A stretch of DNA of 39,486 nt from Nemertoderma westbladi (lineage: Eukaryota > Animalia > Xenacoelomorpha), in contig JAUCBJ010001284.1 of assembly GCA_032718475.1 (NCBI GenBank), forward strand, positions 1-39,486. Reading direction: 5' to 3'. Within the stretch, counting starts at the first letter, position 1. Every line of letters starts with the position of its first letter. Positions 27,022 through 37,438 of this stretch are shown piece after piece. A program made the translations under genes and the position numbers. The notes below the pieces were generated by a model, which ran no database searches, was not told the DNA's origin, and saw only the letters and a program-made list of their open reading frames with translations.

Positions 27022-28729
27022 AACGGTGCCAAGCCCGTATAAATAATTAGTAATTGTAAGTAATTAGATGCAGTGTGGTCTTGTGGTAAATAGACACTTG
27101 CGTTTTGTATATTGTGGTATTTAGACGCAGTATAGTGTTGTGGTAATTAGAGACTTGCGTTCTGTATATTGTGGTAATTCGATGCCATTGTAAAATAATA
27201 TTGTGGTAATTAGATGCAGTGTAGTCTTGTGGTAAATAGATTGTGGTAATTAGACGCAGTATTGTGTTGTGGTAATTAGACGCAGTATAGTGTTGTGGTA
27301 ATTAGACGCAGTATAGTCTTGTGGTAATTAGACACTTGCGTTCTGTATATTGTGGTAATTAGATGCCATTGTAAAATAATATTGTGGTAATTAGATGCAG
27401 TGTGCAATGTAGTCTTGTTCGTAAATAGATTGTGGTAATTAGACGCAGTATAGTCTTGTGGTAATTAGACGCAGTATAGTGTTGTGGTAATTAGACGCTG
27501 TATAGTATTGTGGTAATTAGACACTTGCGTTCTGTATATTGTGGTAATTAGATGCGCAGTTAGTCTTGTGGTAAATAGACACTTGAGTTCTGTATATTGT
27601 GGTAATTAGATGCCATTGTAAAATAACATTGTGGTAATTAGATGCCTGTATCGAATTGTTGGGGTAGATTGTGGTAGTTTGTGGTAGGTTGGGGTAGGTT
27701 GGGGTAATTAGTAGGACCGTTTATTTTTGATTTCGATATCTTAAATAAGGTAAATTTAAAAAATCCCCCTTATTTAGGAACTAGTCGTATTTTTGATGCA
27801 ATTTTAAAACGCTTGTAGAAGAAAAAACGGACGGTGAAATGTTTTCTGGTTTTTTGCTTTATGTTCAAGAAAGACCCAACTTTTACATTGTGAAATAAAA
27901 TTATGCGGTATTTTTTCCTGAAACAAGTTATTGCATATTATATCCAAAAAATATCCAAAAAAAGGCCCATAAACCCCTTTATAAGAGCCATTTTCCTTAA
28001 ATCTGTAAATAAGAACCCACTTTTGGAGCTTATTTAAGGGTATGTTCCCTACTGTAAGGTATTCTGGTATTCTTCACATGGCAGCATGGGCGAAGAATAC
28101 CAGACTTTTTGCCGTTATATTTCACTTTGCAGTTACCAGTTACCCCCATGTGAAGAATACCAGGTTTTCACCATCAAAAACACAGGTTACAGAAGGGCTG
28201 AATATAACCAAAACAATAAACGAATTAGTATATGTCTGTATCAAGGTGTACTAAATAACAGGTCATGCAGCGAGAATTGGCCTCCAATTATTGGAGGCTG
28301 AACATTTTTATTAAAGTGGGAGTGTGTATACCTAAGATTTTAAATCACACAAGATTACTAAAATTACGCATCAGCTAGTGCAGCACTCAGGCAGTGCTCT
28401 CTCTGTACCAGTTTGCGCTGTTGTGTATAACAGTACCGGTACTCAGGCAGTCAGGCACCTGTTGCTGATATAACAGTATAATGAATTTCAGCTTTCTGGC
28501 TTTTACTGTTTCATTACAGCAATAGGCCTAGCCTAACAGTTCTGCGGCTAATTAGCTAATTAATAAAGTCATAAAGTAGACAGGTTAGTGGGTACGGGGT
28601 GGGTAGGCCGAAAGTAGGCATGGCTTATTGAATAGCTAGCTGCCTTAAAGTAAATTCTGATATTGCTGTATTCCTGTATTCTGGTTGTCGCAATTTGTAT
28701 AATTGTATAAGGCCGAGTTGATATTGAAT

Positions 28730-31255
28730 ATGCCGAGGAAATGTAGTGTTGGAGGTTGCCGAACTGGATACGATAAACTCAAGGATGGAACTCTAGGAGC
28801 AGGGGAGACAAAAATTCCAATATATCGCTTTCCAACTGATCCACTTGCATTGCAAGCCTGGTTGCAACGCCTACCGAATATCGTTAAGCCAGAAGATGTT
28901 ACAAAAAATATGGGAATCTGTTCAGTGCATTGGCCGCCTGGTGTAGAAACTAAAGGCGTGCAGGGGGGATCCAGAGTGCCGATACATCCTCCCAGCATAT
29001 TTCCGAACGTTCCGCCAACCTGCATACCCACGCCACCACCGCCTCCCCGACCAAGTTCTACAAAGACTACAGTCGAAGTGCGGTCTCCTGGGGTAGATGA
29101 AATGCTTGAGTTTAAACAACGCGATTCAATTACATTCCCCACATTCTTGGGTGAGTTTTCCAAGCGCTACTCTGACGTTGCCGATATTACATTACATGAC
29201 GACGTATTTTATATATCTAGTATAGAAAGAAACCTTGATACCCCCTATGCCTTATGGTCTCTCCACTTGAATGCTTTACCTACAGCTACAAATATAGAAT
29301 CTGCCAATCTCAGATGTTTCTATGGATTAAGGAAGGTTATACATCCATTTATTCGAAATATCCTTATGTGGAGTGAGCTTGAGGAACTCATACGATTTAT
29401 TAAACATGACCAGGAAGAGAAAGAAGATGATGAAACTAATCGTTCCAAATGGAACTTTATCCTTCATCAAATAGAATTACTTAATATTCCGAAAAATCGT
29501 CGAATTTATTCGAGGTATGATTTAATTACCGCGTTTCACTTGTATTCTAAATCTCGTCGATTATACATTGAATTGAGAGACTTGCTACAACTGCCGTCAA
29601 TACGCACCCTGCAAGCGCTAACTTCTATGGTGAGCAATGTCCCTCAAAACGATTACATTAAATCAATGTTAGCGAAACTTCAACCTCGATCAAAGTACTC
29701 AATTATATTAATCGATGAAGTCTATGTTAGTGAACAATTGACCTACCACAGTGGAGAGGTTTACGGCAAGGCTCTTGACAAACCCGACGAAATGGCGAAG
29801 ACTCTTTTGTGTCTCATGGTGAAGCCCGTTATTACACCTGAAGGATACCGTGCATCTCCTTAAATTGATTAGAAATAACTGGATAACGGAAAAATTACAG
29901 AAACTTGAATTTTTTGATCCTGATGATGTTTCAAAAACAACTCGATGTGCCTGTTGGTCAGATATTGTTCTACTATTTAATGCTGAGAAAACCAACTTGT
30001 TGAAACTTACAAAACTTAATCACGATTCGGTTTGGCCGACTTCAATACAGCAACAAAATGTCAAACTGTGCCTGCGTGTATTCAACGAGAAGACAGTAGC
30101 TGCGCTGCGTATTCTCAGTCTATCTTCTACCACCGCGGATACTGCTTTATTTATAGAAATTGTTCTAAAGTGGTGGAAGGTTGTTAATGTTAAAACAACT
30201 TTCGAGGCAATTCGCTTCAACGATTTAGATCGTAAAGTTATTGATAGGGTAGACCATCCAAGTCTTTTATTTTTATCGAAAATGTCTGTATTATTTGGAT
30301 TTATGGGTAGCAAACCGCGGGTTATTACTCATAAAGTTGTTAAACCCAGAGTCTGTAAACCTCCAGCCAAGCGGCGATTAGTGGGAAGGTGTTCATTGCA
30401 AAATGTTATTCCTGGCAGAACAACCCGAATATCCAAGCAACAAAAACGCATTTCTAACAAGCGGTTTAAATGCCTTACCAGGCAAACATCCCTCGGGTTA
30501 GTTGAAACTTGTAAAGGAATGATAGAACTCGCAGAATTCCTACTCACCACTGATCTCCCAGTAAGGCACAAATATGTCTGTCTTAATTTCTTCCAAGACG
30601 ATGATTTGGAAGGATATTTTGGTCATATACGGCAATCGCATGGGGGAAATTATTATCTAGCTGTTCAACAATTTGTAGAGACGCACCGTATTGACTCAGC
30701 TAGCTTATACCTGAGATTGGATTTGAATATTGATCTTGGTGAACAGGGCCATAATTGCGGTTCATGCAATATTGAATTGACAGATGCCGACGATACCATT
30801 ATTGCTTGTTTGAGCGATGTTACTCCAGCTCATCTACATAGCTCAGTCGAGAGTTTATCCATTGTTTATATGGCTGGGTATATTGCAAAATCTTTTCCGC
30901 AATACAAGATAGGATTCGACTCCATACCACAGGAATACACCCAGCAATATTTATTTATTACCGAGCTAAATAGAGGAGGTCTTTCTTACCCATCAGATGA
31001 ACTATTTTTTTATTGTTATTTATGCACGAAATTTTATCGCAGTTCCATTACCATTTTGCAGTTCCATTTTGCCGAAAGAGTCTGATTGGTGCTTTAACAA
31101 AAATTTCAAATACATATTCAAGAGATTCCCAATTCCCTGATTCCCTGTTGCGAAAAATTTCTAACATATTGTTTAGTAATTTTTGCAAATTCTCCACCCC
31201 CTTACGAAAAATATCGAATGTGAAAGTGCCTTCAAAAATAAAAAAGCTGCAGTAA
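28730..31255 (+). pseudogene. Disrupted P-element/THAP9-like transposase (three reading frames)
   Basis: THAP C2CH domain (CSVGGC...FP...W...CSVH...P), catalytic IDE, DTVHLLKLIRNNW, QNVKLC..VF, DDLEGYFGHIRQ..GGNY, terminal KIKKL. Frameshifts near 29845 and 31050-31085. Confidence 0.9.
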
Positions 31256-31391
31256 TTGTTTTCTACTTAAACTGAATATAACTTGTGCTTTAAATTTATA
31301 TGTATTATTTTATTATAGTTTTAGTATTAATAGTAGTAAATTCAATCGATTTTTTGAAGCAGTTATAATAACTCTAATGATATTACATATT

Positions 31392-31790
31392 GACAGACAC
31401 ATACAGACAAACAAACAGACATACAGACAGTCCAGATTCCGTCAAACATGAAAACTGATATTGGAAATGAAATCACCGACTAGGAAAACCGCTATAGTGA
31501 ACATTTTAGATATGTGGTAAACTTCTTTATTTTTTGACAGACATACAGACAAACAAACAGACATACACAGACAGACAGTCCAGATTCCTTCAAACATGAA
31601 AATTGACATTGGAAATGTACTCACCGACCAGGAAAACCCCTATAAAAATATTTTAGCATTTTTTAGCTATGTGGTGATCTTCCTTATTTTTTCTCACTCA
31701 TACAGACAGACAAACAGACATTCTAAATTCCGTCAAAAATAAATACTGACATCGGAAATGGAATCACCGACTACGAAAACCCCAATATGG
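31392..31790. repeat. ~145-160 bp subterminal tandem repeat x2.6 with (CAGA/CAAA) microsatellite heads inside the P element
   Basis: Repeated ATTCC.TCAAA...GAC/TATTGGAAATG..TCACCGAC...GAAAACC blocks. Confidence 0.8.
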
Positions 31791-31926
31791 GTAATTTTAT
31801 TAATCTTGTGTGATTTAAAATCGTAGGTACACCCTCCCACTTTAATAAAAATGTTCAGCCTCCAATAATTGGAGGCCAATTCTCGCTGCATGACCTGTTA
31901 TTTAGTACACCTTGGTCTGTATGTAC

Positions 31927-32746
31927 TAGGGCTCGATCGGAGCTCCGGCCTCCGGCTCCGACTCCGGCCATTTTGGCACCTCCGGCTCCTGCTCCGGCTC
32001 CGGTAAAAATATTGCCGGAGTTAATTTTTTAATAAAGTATTATATTTCGTGCATATTCTAATCTGAACAATTATTTAACACTATAAGTACTGTAGTACAG
32101 CTTCAATATCAAGTATAATCTGATAATACTACAGTATTTACTTAAAGTCAATGACTGACTGACTACTGCAGTACTGGTACTGACCAGCTGGCTGACTAGC
32201 AGACTATTACAGATAGGCCCTACTTTAAAAAATTTTAGTGCTATGATTGTACACTGCAGCACTGTCAGACTGTACCACTGCAGCCATTTACTGCTGTCAT
32301 GCCAGCTACTGTACCGGTACTGCAGTCAGGCAGTACTGTTACACGTACGGTAGGCTACCTGCTACAGTACACACCTCTACCACAGTTAGACAGTTAGCGA
32401 GTTAGGTACTGTAGGTAATTTTTAGCCGTCAGCGTCAGGCCGTCGCCGTCAGCATCAGGCCGTCGCCGTCAGCGTCAGGCCGTCTGTCCGTGATAAATTA
32501 ATTACTTAAATTTTAAATTGAAAATTCGTAAATGTGTAAATCTATAAATTATGAAATTAATTAGACCTACAGTATGATTGATTATGAGCGATTGGCGAAC
32601 GATAACCATACTTTATTTTTTTTTAAATAAATAATTAAATTTTTAAAATTTTGAAAAACTCCGGCTCCTGCTCCGGCTCCGGCCAAATTGTCCAACTCCG
32701 GCTCCTGCTCCGGCTCCGGCCAAATCCCAACTCCGATCGAGCCCTA
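31927..32746. mobile_element. hAT (Ac-like) MITE, TIR TAGGGCTCGATCGGAG, 8-bp TSD GTATGTAC
   Basis: TSD at 31919-31926 and 32747-32754; subterminal CTCCGG hexamer arrays. Confidence 0.92.
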
Positions 32747-33117
32747 GTATGTACATTATACAGGTTATATATAAGCCATAAATAAGCTCTCTATAATACA
32801 CTTGATAAAGATAAATTAAAAAAAATTAAAATCTTCATATATAAAATTCCAATAAAAGTCGACCGAAAAGCAGAAAAGGTAAATCCTATGGTATTCTTCA
32901 CATGGGCCGGCAGCAAAATTTGGCACCAGCCGCTAAAAACAAGTTTAAAATTTCTAGCTTATTTTATTTGAATTCCCTTTAGTTCGTTTCAGTTAGTCTT
33001 TTAGTTAGTATCGTTGTTTCAGAGGGGGAGGTGTTATAGTGACCCCCCCACCCCCCCCCCCCCCCCCCCCCCACCTTTACTGAGGCAAACTATATTTTAA
33101 ATATGTATTTATATATT

Positions 33118-33340
33118 ATTATCATAGTCACCCGCAAGGTCGGGTGACTATGATAATTTTTTATGCCAAAAAAAATTGCCATTGACATTTCAAAATTTGA
33201 AATGTCAATGGCAATTAGTATGTATGGAAGGCTGAATGTTATGACCAAAGTACTTTTACATTATCATTAACTGTACTTATGGAGAGTCATTTAAAATAGT
33301 GCTGAAAACTATCATAGTCACCCACATTGACGGGTATATT
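33118..33340. mobile_element. Helentron-associated (HINE/DINE-1-like) short element with two perfect hairpins
   Basis: 17-bp-arm hairpin at 33118-33157 and 21-bp-arm hairpin at 33174-33216. TATCATAGTCACCC recurs at ~33310, followed by GACGGGTATATT. Confidence 0.5.
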
Positions 33341-33681
33341 AGTATATTGTACTATTTTGTATTTTTTTGTACTTTTTTTTGTACAAATTCAGAAATTCGT
33401 CGGACCCCAGTGCAGCAATGTGAGAATGTAGGCTATGGACATGGTCTAGAAACAGGAACACGGCACAGGAGACTGGGCATTTGCTGGGAGTGGGAGATAC
33501 GGTGTAGGTCTGTAGGTCAGTAGGTAGGGCAGTAGGGCATTGCAGCATTGGGCATAGGGCATGGGCCTACTCAGCTCAGCAGCTACTGGCATACGGCTGT
33601 AGCCTATCAGCCTGCAAGCCTGTAGCGCTGTCCTGTAGGGCTGTAGCGTGAACCTGGCACTGCCTGGTGCCTGGTGAACAG

Positions 33682-34770
33682 CCAGGTTGGAATTTATGTA
33701 GAGTTTGCTCAACATGTGTGGCGCGCATTTAGGATCCTGGCGCGAAGGAACAGGGGCGTGTGGCGCGCATTTAGGATCCTGGCGCGAAGGAACAGGGGCG
33801 TGTGGCGCGCATTGAGGATCCTTGGCGCGGAAATGGCTGAATGGATGTCATGTACGTACAGTACTGCAGTATCAAAATGCACTGGCTGACTGGCAACATA
33901 TAACTGTATAGGCTAAAGCCACTCTACTTCTGTACTTGAAATTCTACCAGTCAGCCAGTAGAGCCTATTTTTAAAAAGAGTTAGGCAGCCTTAAAAATTT
34001 TCGCTCGCTCCGCTCGCATTTGTGTATTATGTCTGTATGTCTCCTGTATTACGCCCTACTCTTATTGACTTATTCATCATTTAAATAACAGAATAACTGT
34101 AATACGTAATAATAGGGATAGGGCCTATTTGATTACAGTGATATTTTATCACCCACATTATTGACAAACCGACAGATTGAGCATTGAAGGTACCATATCC
34201 AATCCACTTTAATCATCATGGCCAATATCAGGCCAAAGTTTTAATGTGTTTAATAATCAAAGTTTAATAATGAGTTGATAGAAAGGTTTTTCAATTGTTC
34301 ACACCAATATAGCCTAAAACCACGATTCAGCAGAATTTCCGTGCTCGCTACACTCCGATTTAATTCATAATCACATCTGTAGGTAAAAAACAGTCGCTTG
34401 ACCTACCAAAAATGTTAAAATTTTCTTGCTAGCTACGCTCGCAATTTCAATTTAATCACATCTGTATTTGAAAACAGTCGGCTGACGTACTATCTGAATA
34501 TTACAGTATCACTGTATTAATCTTAACATTTCTGCAAAATTTTCTTGCTCGCTACGCTCGCATTTCCATGTTAAAATACTGTGTAGGAGTAGGTCTAGGT
34601 ACTGTAGTATAAACTGGTAAATGATCAGATGATTACAATAATTGCAAAATTTCATGGTCATGGTCAACCTCAATGGTTGGCGCGCATTGAATGTCATGCA
34701 GTCATGGCTGGCGCGGTTTTCGTTTAACCAGAACCCGTGTGGCGCGCTTTTTGTCAATATTCCATATAGG
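33682..34770. mobile_element. MITE related to 20412-21278: termini CCAGGTTGGAAT...ATTCCATATAGG, 8-bp TSD GTGAACAG
   Basis: GTGAACAG at 33674-33681 and 34771-34778. TGGCGCG subterminal repeats (42-bp unit x2.5) and AAAATTTTC..GCTCGCT.CGCTCGC motifs. Confidence 0.82.
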
Positions 34771-35950
34771 GTGAACAGTGAACAGTGAAGGGCACCATGC
34801 AGCCATGCTGCCATGGCGAACGCTGGCATGTCTGCATGTACGCATACCACACCACATACGGCACAGCAGTCTGGCAGTACGGTCTGATGGTAGGTAACAA
34901 TGGACATACTGACATAGGCCTACGTCAGCTGTTCAGAGAACGTCACGTCAGTCAATCAATCAATCAAAGGCAGAAAGGCTGATCATGCCTGTAGTTAAGT
35001 AGGCCTGTAGGCCTACCCTACCGGCAACCGGTACCGGTCAGCCGGTACCGGACTGGAGTTACTGACTGACTGAGTTACCGTATCAATTTACTGTTAAATT
35101 TCACTTTTTAAAATAAATGTCTTGAAAATTGAAATTTACAGATTTAGGCCTACATCCCTGTGCCCTGTCTGCCTGTGCTGTACAGCTGTAGGCAGGGCTG
35201 CAGCCTGCAGGGCCTAGACCCATGCTACAAATAAAGTGCAAAAATCGCAACGCGTTGTGCACAGTCAGACCTGACTGTGATACGACTGTGTACGACAAGA
35301 CGATTACGGGTCTATCGGTCAGTCGGTAGCGATAGCGTAGCCTACGACAGTCAGACTGTGCGATTACTGTATTTGGATTACGATAAGACTGTCAGACTGT
35401 AATTTAGTCTGATAGTAGGTTTATAAAAGTTGTAATTCTGTAATTGTAAGCAGGAGTAGTAATGGTTACCCCTCTTTGGCGACAGTTTGGTCCTACTTCA
35501 CACCTTGGGTGTTAAGTAGGTCATTAATTAATTAACCAATTAATTAATTGGTCGATTAAACAATTAATTAATTGTTTAATCAATCGATTCGTATCAAATA
35601 ATGTTGCCAAAGGCAATTTAATTTGATACAAATCAATCAGATAGGGGACGCGAGATGAATAAATTGTACTATAACAAACGAAATATACAATACAATAGGC
35701 ACTGTGCGGCCCAGTTTAGCCCCGAGTCATCCCTCAATAATCTGTGGCTGTTTGGGCTCTTATTAACTATAGCATGACTAACCCAAACATCAATGCGTGA
35801 ATGGGGCCTGCGTGAATGGGGCATGCCACAGAGCTTAAATTATTCATACCCACAGCTTCGTTATTATATCAATTCGTCCAAGAAATTATAATAAACATCT
35901 GCTCTTGCAATAGATTATTCTTCTTTCACAACTCCATTCTAACCTCCCTC

Positions 35951-35957
35951 TATAAAA
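35951..35957 (+). promoter_or_regulatory. Putative TATA box of the zinc-finger ORF (right copy)
   Basis: TATAAAAGCCCCC ~147 bp upstream of the ATG, with CATT initiator-like motifs ~20-30 bp downstream. Confidence 0.5.
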
Positions 35958-36097
35958 GCCCCCAGTCACCGCATTCCCATTCATTCTCTAATTTTTATTT
36001 TTAAAAGTTTTATTTATTTTCATAAAAGTTTTATTTATTTAAAATTATGTAAAATCATTTATCGAAAACTCATAATATCAATTGACATTGCTATATA

Positions 36098-37066
36098 ATG
36101 CCTAGTTATGAAAAATGTTTGGTTTGTAATAAAGAAATGAGACAAGACAATCTATCTCGTCACATGGAAAGACATAGAAAGGATAAACTAATGGATCCAT
36201 TACCAAAGAAATTTAAAAAATCCGAAGATATTTTTAGTGAAGATGAAAAGAAAAAGAGAGTTGAGCGTGATATATTAAAGATAAAACAGACAACAGAAAA
36301 TAAATTTCATAAAGTTATGAATATTTTGAAAAGGATACAAAAACAGTTACCCCTAGAAAATGATGAAAATTTGAGTGAGGAAAGTGAAGAAGAAGAGGAC
36401 GATGAGATGGAGAATGAAAATAGTGAGGGTCAGGATGAAGTTGAAGAGAGTGAGGTTGAGAACGAAGTGAGTGAAGGTCAGGAAGATGACGAAGAAAGTG
36501 AAGGTCAGGAAGAGGGTGAAGATAGCGAAGGTCAGGAAGAGAATGAAGAAAGCGAAGGTCAGGAAGACGATGAAGAAAGTGAAGGCGGGGAAGAGGATGA
36601 CGAAAGTGAAGGTCAGAAAGAGGATGAAGAAAGTGAAGGTCATGAAGAGGACGAAGAAAGTGAAGGTCAGGAAAGTGAAGAAGATGATGAAAATGATAAT
36701 AATAAGGAAATATTGAGACAATTACTTGGAAATAAGAATAAATTGCGGAAAATTATTAAACATTTAGAAGAGAATGATGAAAATAAAGAAGAGATATTGA
36801 GACAAATATTAGGAAACAAAAATCAAATACGGAAATTTATTAAACAAATGGAAGAAAATGAGGAAAATAGAGAAGAGATATTAAGACAGGTTCTGGGAAA
36901 TAAAAGTAAATTACTGAAAATGAATGAACAATTGAATGAAATTAAGAAACAGTTGGTTAATGAGGAAGATGAAATTAAAGAAAATCAACCAGCTTTTACT
37001 TATTTTCGAAGACCTATAACATCAAACTCTCGTACAGTATTTGCTCGCGCAGGACGACGCTATTGA
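36098..37066 (+). CDS. 322-aa C2H2 zinc finger/acidic repeat protein (second copy)
   Basis: Intact ORF with 7 amino-acid differences from 3151-4119. Confidence 0.8.
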   Translation: MPSYEKCLVCNKEMRQDNLSRHMERHRKDKLMDPLPKKFKKSEDIFSEDEKKKRVERDILKIKQTTENKFHKVMNILKRIQKQLPLENDENLSEESEEEEDDEMENENSEGQDEVEESEVENEVSEGQEDDEESEGQEEGEDSEGQEENEESEGQEDDEESEGGEEDDESEGQKEDEESEGHEEDEESEGQESEEDDENDNNKEILRQLLGNKNKLRKIIKHLEENDENKEEILRQILGNKNQIRKFIKQMEENEENREEILRQVLGNKSKLLKMNEQLNEIKKQLVNEEDEIKENQPAFTYFRRPITSNSRTVFARAGRRY

Positions 37067-37438
37067 CATTTGTTTGTTTGAGTTCCTTTCATAATAGTAT
37101 TAGGACTATTTATCCATAACATTTATATTAGTATTAGGATTATTTATCCCTAATTATTATATTAGTATTATAAATGTATTTGCCAACAATATTTATTACT
37201 ATTAGGTCTATTTATTCAAGAAATTATATGTTTTTATAATATATTTTGGAAAATTAGTCGACTAAGTCATAATTTTTAAAACTTTAAATAAGGGTGGAGT
37301 TATTTTATAAAGTTAAGAAGAGTGAATCAATGGAGGCAACATGAAGTCTAATCTCTTGACATTTACTCGTAAGACCGCACATTAACTCCCAAGGTTGCAT
37401 ACTATCACTATAGCTGGGAGAGTCAAAGCTAGTATACA

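Larger units (their letters stand above)
23006..27044. repeat. ~486/552-bp tandem units in an ~1038-bp higher-order dimer, headed by a GGGTAGGAC terminus-like motif and ACCCAAACG repeats; interrupted at 25377-27021
   Basis: Equivalent positions recur 1037-1038 bp apart (23606/24644, 23743/24781, 24089/25126). The unit resumes at 27027 as TGCCAAGCCCGTATAAAT. Confidence 0.85.
21843..27719. mobile_element. Foldback-type element, termini GGGTCCTAC...GTAGGACCG, 8-bp TSD TTTATTTT, long arms built from CTAATTACCACAA modules
   Basis: Arms 21843-~23003 and ~27045-27719 are inverted. TTTATTTT at 21835-21842 and 27720-27727. Confidence 0.88.
19072..28054. mobile_element. DNA transposon with ~90-bp TIRs starting CAGTAGGGAACATACCCTTAAATAAG, 5-bp TSD TAAGG
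   Basis: Left TIR at 19072-19160, right TIR at ~27957-28054. TAAGG at 19067-19071 and 28055-28059. Confidence 0.88.
28242..31914 (+). mobile_element. P-superfamily DNA transposon, ~125-bp TIRs (CAAGGTGTACTAAATAAC...), 8-bp TSD GTCTGTAT
   Basis: TIRs at 28242-28367 and 31791-31914. GTCTGTAT at 28234-28241 and 31915-31922. Encloses a THAP transposase. Confidence 0.95.
17582..33407. mobile_element. Outer non-autonomous DNA transposon, termini CGGTCCGAC...GTCGGACCC, 8-bp TSD CAGTGCAG, expanded to 15.8 kb by nested insertions
   Basis: CAGTGCAG at 17574-17581 and 33408-33415. Inverted subterminal GTACAAAA repeats at 17597-17700 and 33341-33385. Confidence 0.85.

Noticed and set aside
28645-30571. 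Minus-strand ORFs within the P element
   Set aside because: Antisense shadows of the transposase with no recognisable motifs.
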